From an uncultured Bacillota bacterium (GTDB lineage Bacteria; Bacillota; Clostridia; Oscillospirales; Oscillospiraceae), in contig CANDCW010000002.1 in the NCBI GenBank assembly GCA_947383275.1, positions 19,873 to 83,872 of the forward strand: a stretch of DNA of 64,000 nucleotides, in the 5' to 3' direction. Shown here in pieces: positions 59,835 to 64,000 of this stretch. The translations under genes and the position numbers were made by a program. The notes under the pieces were generated by a model that worked only from the letters and a program-made list of their open reading frames with translations, had not been told where the DNA came from and did not search any database. Position 1 is the first letter of the stretch, and every line of letters starts with the position of its first letter.

Positions 59835-61391
59835 CTAAAAATTCCAGTGTATTTCAACTGGAGGGTCTTTGACTCCAGCGATTCGTTTACCCACAGTTAT
59901 GTAGTCGATAAGTGCTTCTACCATTTCCCGTGTCAGGTGTTCCAAGTTGGTATATTGGTCAATTAACGCTTTTCGATTGTCCCCGTCCTCTATTCTGGCG
60001 TCAAGTTCGAAAAGCTGATGTTGTCCATCCTTGACAACACGCTCCAATCGTTCTTTTTCCGCAGAAAAATCCTTGCTCATTTCGACAAAATCCTGTTCAG
60101 AAATGATCCTCTTTACTTTATCCAAGTATAACTCTCGGATTCCTTTGGAATACTCCTCAATTCGTTTCTCATAAGCGGTAAGATCATCCTGAATACGCTT
60201 CTTCTGTGCTTGCAGACTGTCACAAAATTGAATGTTCCGCTCCAGTTCGTCTTTGTCAAGATATTCTTCGGAAAGGCGGTTTAATTCGTCAATCACGATT
60301 CGCTCTAATTTATCCACTGAAATAAAGGAGCCAATACAGGCGTCCTTTGCCACATGGCGGTTAGAACATTGGAGGTAGTGCCGCCCCCGATTTTTGGAGG
60401 AACGCATGGTGTATCCGCAGTTGGCACAGCGAACCTTCCGGGCGAATAGACCAACAGTCCCAACATCAAAGGGTTTTGCGCGCTGGGCTATAATGATCTG
60501 TACCCGATTCCAAAGATCCTGGTCGATGATGGCTTCGTGGGTACCTTCCACACGATACCATTCACTTTTGGGCCGGGGCTTATTCTGCTTGGTCTTATAA
60601 GAGACGCTGCCGTATTTGCCTTGTACCATGTTGCCAATGTAAATCTCATTTTCCAGCATATCGGAAATAGCAAAGTATTTCCATAGCGTACTGTTTTTTC
60701 GCTTGGGCTGCTGATACCGCAAACCGTGAAGACGCTTATATTCAGTGGGATTTGGAATCCCCCGATCATTAAGCATTCGGGCGATGGCTGTCTTGCCGTA
60801 GCCTTGTGAAAAGAGGGTGAATACCTCCCGAACCACGGCGGCGGCCTCTTCGTCAATAACCAGATGACCTTTTTGGTCTGGGTCTTTCTTATAGCCGTAT
60901 AAGGCAAAGGCTCCGATATGTAAGCCTTCCTGACGACGGTTGGTGAGGACGCTGCGAATATTCTCCGACATATCTTCCAGATACCATTCGTTCACCAAAC
61001 CATTGATTTGCCTGGACTTCTTGTTGCCCTTGTTGGCGGTATCGGCATTATCCACGATACTGACAAATCGGATGCCCCAGACAGGGAAAAGGCCATGAAT
61101 GTATTTTTCGACCAGTTCCAGTTCACGGGTAAAGCGGGATTGGGTCTTACAGAGGACAATGTCAAACTTGTGGTGCTCGGCATCTTGCAAAAGCCGGATA
61201 AATTCCGGGCGGTTTCGGTCAGAGCCTGTGTAATCATCATCACTATAAACGTTAAATACTTCCCACCCTTGTTCAAGGGAATATTTTAGAAGCATGGATT
61301 TTTGGTTCTGAATACTGTTGCTATCGTCCGATTCAGACTGCTTATTTCGATCTTCTTCAGACAGACGGCAGTAAATTGCTACTTTAGGCAT
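59835..61391 (-). CDS. Large serine recombinase (resolvase, recombinase, zinc ribbon and coiled-coil domains)
   Basis: AIYCRLS (catalytic Ser), SI.NQ, D..TG...RP.F, SRF.R, YGY, YIG, HEAII, CANCG..CSN..C. Confidence 0.96.
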   Translation of the reverse strand: MPKVAIYCRLSEEDRNKQSESDDSNSIQNQKSMLLKYSLEQGWEVFNVYSDDDYTGSDRNRPEFIRLLQDAEHHKFDIVLCKTQSRFTRELELVEKYIHGLFPVWGIRFVSIVDNADTANKGNKKSRQINGLVNEWYLEDMSENIRSVLTNRRQEGLHIGAFALYGYKKDPDQKGHLVIDEEAAAVVREVFTLFSQGYGKTAIARMLNDRGIPNPTEYKRLHGLRYQQPKRKNSTLWKYFAISDMLENEIYIGNMVQGKYGSVSYKTKQNKPRPKSEWYRVEGTHEAIIDQDLWNRVQIIIAQRAKPFDVGTVGLFARKVRCANCGYTMRSSKNRGRHYLQCSNRHVAKDACIGSFISVDKLERIVIDELNRLSEEYLDKDELERNIQFCDSLQAQKKRIQDDLTAYEKRIEEYSKGIRELYLDKVKRIISEQDFVEMSKDFSAEKERLERVVKDGQHQLFELDARIEDGDNRKALIDQYTNLEHLTREMVEALIDYITVGKRIAGVKDPPVEIHWNF

Positions 61392-61460
61392 AGCATTAAC
61401 TCCTTATATAATATAAAGAAAGCGGCCCCCTGTATATCATTACAGGGAACCGCTGTTCCG

Positions 61461-61607
61461 TTATCTTGTCCCAGCCAGGACTTGCTTACTGCGTTCAATT
61501 TGGTTGATAAGTGAGATCCAAATGTTGGTGTATTTTTCTGGAGTTGGCTGGTTTTCTCCGCCTTTGAAAACGCTTTTACAGACAGAGGCTACGGCACAGT
61601 TTGTCAT
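61461..61607 (-). CDS. 48-aa small protein, candidate recombination directionality factor (not in ORF track)
   Basis: AAAGGAG RBS, MTNCAVASVCKSVFKGGENQPTPEKYTNIWISLINQIERSKQVLAGTR, directly upstream of the recombinase. Confidence 0.7.
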   Translation of the reverse strand: MTNCAVASVCKSVFKGGENQPTPEKYTNIWISLINQIERSKQVLAGTR

Positions 61608-61629
61608 AATATTCTGCTCCTTTCAAATT

Positions 61630-61659
61630 ATCATATGCGAAATGTGGCTGTGAATAGAC
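61630..61659 (-). promoter_or_regulatory. SigmaE-like promoter of the small ORF/recombinase unit
   Basis: Minus strand reads GTCTATTC-N14-CATATGAT. Confidence 0.55.
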
Positions 61660-61714
61660 GGAAACGCACAAATTTAAGGGCATATTCCGAATTACCACAG
61701 TAATAATCCATGTT

Positions 61715-62734
61715 TTAACTTCCCGTACTATACGTTTTTTGGTTTGGGTAGAGTGATGGCAGATGTTTGATCCCAGCTCTTGACCGAATTGTGGCAGGGT
61801 TGATATTAAGGGCCGCTAACTGGCGCAACCGCTTTTTCCAATTTATATGACACCTGATTGTGCAGGGATTCACCATTGATTTGCGGTTAATCTCCTTCAA
61901 AAAATGATATATTTTTTCACGTTTCGGCCTTGAATAAAGGGACTGCTCTATCATTTTTTTTGCGGCAGCTAATGAATAGTAATCTCCAGGAGGAATCAGG
62001 GAGTCAAAGATTGTTGACACAATTTTTCCCCCATACTGAGCCAAATGAACGAGTTGCATTCCCCATGTATCATTTGACAAGTGAAACTTGTTGCTCATAT
62101 GGCAGATACCCATAGAGAGCAAAGCGACTTCCACTCGAAGAATCCGTTGCTTTGAAAACCACTCGAACTGAATATTTCGATTATCAAGCTGATACAATTT
62201 GTCGTATGCTGTTACCTGATACCTGGTGTTAACACGGCGGCACGAATGTTTATCCTGTTCATTGCCAAAATTAACGATCTGCCACTGATCGCTTGCTCCC
62301 TTTTTCAACAGACGTATGTATTCCGCAACGATATTGCCATTTTCAACGATATGATCTTGGCACAAGTCAATTCTGTAAAGATAGAACTGTATATCTAAGA
62401 GCGGGGAGCCGTCAAAGAGAACGGAAAGACGATCAGATAGTTCTGCCACATCGGGTTCGTTTGCATGGAAAAGTGCGATTGGATTTGAACAGCCTAATAC
62501 TTTTTCAGGAGTAATTCTCAGATGAATATAACCGAACGAATGATTTGTCTTAGATTCCCGCAGATATACTACGATTCCGTTTTGGTTCCATCCGTTAAAA
62601 GTGATTTGATGGGTTTCTTTTTGTCTGTAACAGCAGGCAGGCTGATTGTGGGCCTGAGAAAAAAAGAAGTCCCCACAGGCTTTACAGTCCTCTGAGGATA
62701 CTTGGGCGCATAATTCAAATGTGTGAACTAACAC
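61715..62734 (-). CDS. Putative replication initiation protein (Rep_trans / phage gene II-X-like)
   Basis: RIDL, AYDK (candidate catalytic Tyr) and LRVEV motifs in the expected order. GTG start after AGGAGG. Confidence 0.6.
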   Translation of the reverse strand: MLVHTFELCAQVSSEDCKACGDFFFSQAHNQPACCYRQKETHQITFNGWNQNGIVVYLRESKTNHSFGYIHLRITPEKVLGCSNPIALFHANEPDVAELSDRLSVLFDGSPLLDIQFYLYRIDLCQDHIVENGNIVAEYIRLLKKGASDQWQIVNFGNEQDKHSCRRVNTRYQVTAYDKLYQLDNRNIQFEWFSKQRILRVEVALLSMGICHMSNKFHLSNDTWGMQLVHLAQYGGKIVSTIFDSLIPPGDYYSLAAAKKMIEQSLYSRPKREKIYHFLKEINRKSMVNPCTIRCHINWKKRLRQLAALNINPATIRSRAGIKHLPSLYPNQKTYSTGS

Positions 62735-62973
62735 TTTCAAATACCTCCTACAGCGTCTGTTTTTGACGTTTTGATTTTTATAAGGCAACGACAAATGGGT
62801 AATTGACCTTGCCTTTACAACGACTGTTAGTGAGATATTAAAATAATAAATTGCATACTATGATGTAGTAGTAATCACCATAAATATAGGGTAAATAGCA
62901 TTGAAATAAAGGAAAAATAGACCCCACGGGGGACTATAAATAGATGTTCATGCCTCTGACCAAACGATAGATA

Positions 62974-63002
62974 TTGACAAAAAAAGATTTCGTATGTACA
63001 AT
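62974..63002 (+). promoter_or_regulatory. SigmaA promoter
   Basis: TTGACA-N17-TACAAT. Confidence 0.7.
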
Positions 63003-63077
63003 AAGAAAACAAAAAAATTTTTGTGGTTTTGTGGTTTCTATCGTAAGGCTACCAAATAAGTGGAGGTATCATAAAAA

Positions 63078-64000
63078 ATGGGGAATATAACAATACCCGG
63101 ATTCTTAGCCGAATATGAGCCTTTGCAGAAGTATCTTTATGAAATGGCCGAGGGAGACAGTTGTTTTGTTAGCAAAGAAACATTTGATTCCCTCACAGTA
63201 CCTTTGCGTTGGGCAATTCGAGAGACTGGACTAAAACTTTCCAGAGGGAAAATCGTTTATAAGAATAATCATCCACTATGCAGTTTTTTGTTTCTGCCAA
63301 GGAAAGTTTTTCTTTATCCAACTGAAGATGGAAAGTGCCAGTCGGAATGGATAGATTTGGTCATTGTTGAAGCGGCATATCAAAAGAAAAGACAGGGGTA
63401 TTGCGTCGAAGTATATAAAACAATTCCGGAGATTATGAATTATAATTTGTCTGGAAAGTGTTGGGTTATTGGTAATGGCAAAATAGAAATATTTGATCGC
63501 CTTGTAAAAATGTATGGATATGCGTTAATGGAGTATCAGGTTGCGTATTATCCCGATTCGATTTTTACATGGGGTGTGCGGTGCTCAGGGATTGGAGGGC
63601 AGATTTATTACGCAACGTACCTCCATCGGATGAATGGAAGATCAAAAAATACAAATATGGACAAAAATCTTCCTCTTGTCTTGATTCCTATTGAAAGTGT
63701 GTTTTTTTCTGCTACACTTTTTTCTCTATGTAAACCATTATACGCTCATTGTAAATTAAAAAATGTGCATTATGATTTTGCGCTGCAAATTCTTTTGGAT
63801 GATGAACTATCAACCCATACTGGACACGTTACTTGGCCCTATTGGGCATTAGATTGCTATGCAGATATGTGGTGTAATTTCCGTGAATGGGAAAACCGAA
63901 AAGGTACGGCAGAGCATCTAAAAACAGAAAATACCGGAGTGAAATTTCAGCCGCCAATATTAAAGAAATTCCGAAGTAGGTGGACAGATATAAGGGCCAC
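63078..64000 (+). CDS. Hypothetical protein, 3' truncated by window edge
   Basis: GGAGG RBS. MGNITIPGFLAEYEPLQKYL... is open for over 300 codons to the window end and is missing from the ORF track because it has no stop. Confidence 0.7.
   Translation, partial: MGNITIPGFLAEYEPLQKYLYEMAEGDSCFVSKETFDSLTVPLRWAIRETGLKLSRGKIVYKNNHPLCSFLFLPRKVFLYPTEDGKCQSEWIDLVIVEAAYQKKRQGYCVEVYKTIPEIMNYNLSGKCWVIGNGKIEIFDRLVKMYGYALMEYQVAYYPDSIFTWGVRCSGIGGQIYYATYLHRMNGRSKNTNMDKNLPLVLIPIESVFFSATLFSLCKPLYAHCKLKNVHYDFALQILLDDELSTHTGHVTWPYWALDCYADMWCNFREWENRKGTAEHLKTENTGVKFQPPILKKFRSRWTDIRA

Larger units (their letters stand above)
56487..64000. mobile_element. Serine-recombinase integrative element inserted in cotJC (extends beyond window)
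   Basis: Abrupt drop in GC, truncated cotJC at the boundary, large serine recombinase, Rep-like gene and cargo genes. Confidence 0.85.

Overview
This is a GC-rich chromosomal window from a spore-forming Clostridia bacterium, probably Oscillospiraceae-like (inferred from gene content and codon style). Positions 1-56.3 kb are mostly housekeeping and accessory genes: guaB, addB/addA split by two inserted genes, a flavodiiron-rubredoxin protein, trmD, a MarR-ABC exporter locus, leuCDB, an MBOAT-DHHW pair, purB, cls, wecB/tagO, trpS, gltX, a decaying LysR-transketolase catabolic cluster, PPi-type pfk, fba, an LTA synthase and several sporulation genes. The main finding is absent from the ORF track: at 56262-56486 (minus strand) lies the 3' part of the spore-coat manganese-catalase gene cotJC, cut off just before its EQKAR motif by an AT-rich integrated element that runs past the end of the window. 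The element carries a large serine recombinase, an unannotated 48-aa ORF under a sigmaE-like promoter (candidate directionality factor), a Rep-like initiator, an AAA_14/DUF4143 ATPase and a membrane/TPR cargo protein. It is a candidate skin-like, sporulation-excised cotJC-intervening element. A second hidden signal is a 28-bp dif-like Xer site (11-6-11) inside an AT-rich patch of the wecB coding sequence. No rRNA, tRNA or CRISPR array was seen. All family calls come from motif recognition, not database searches.
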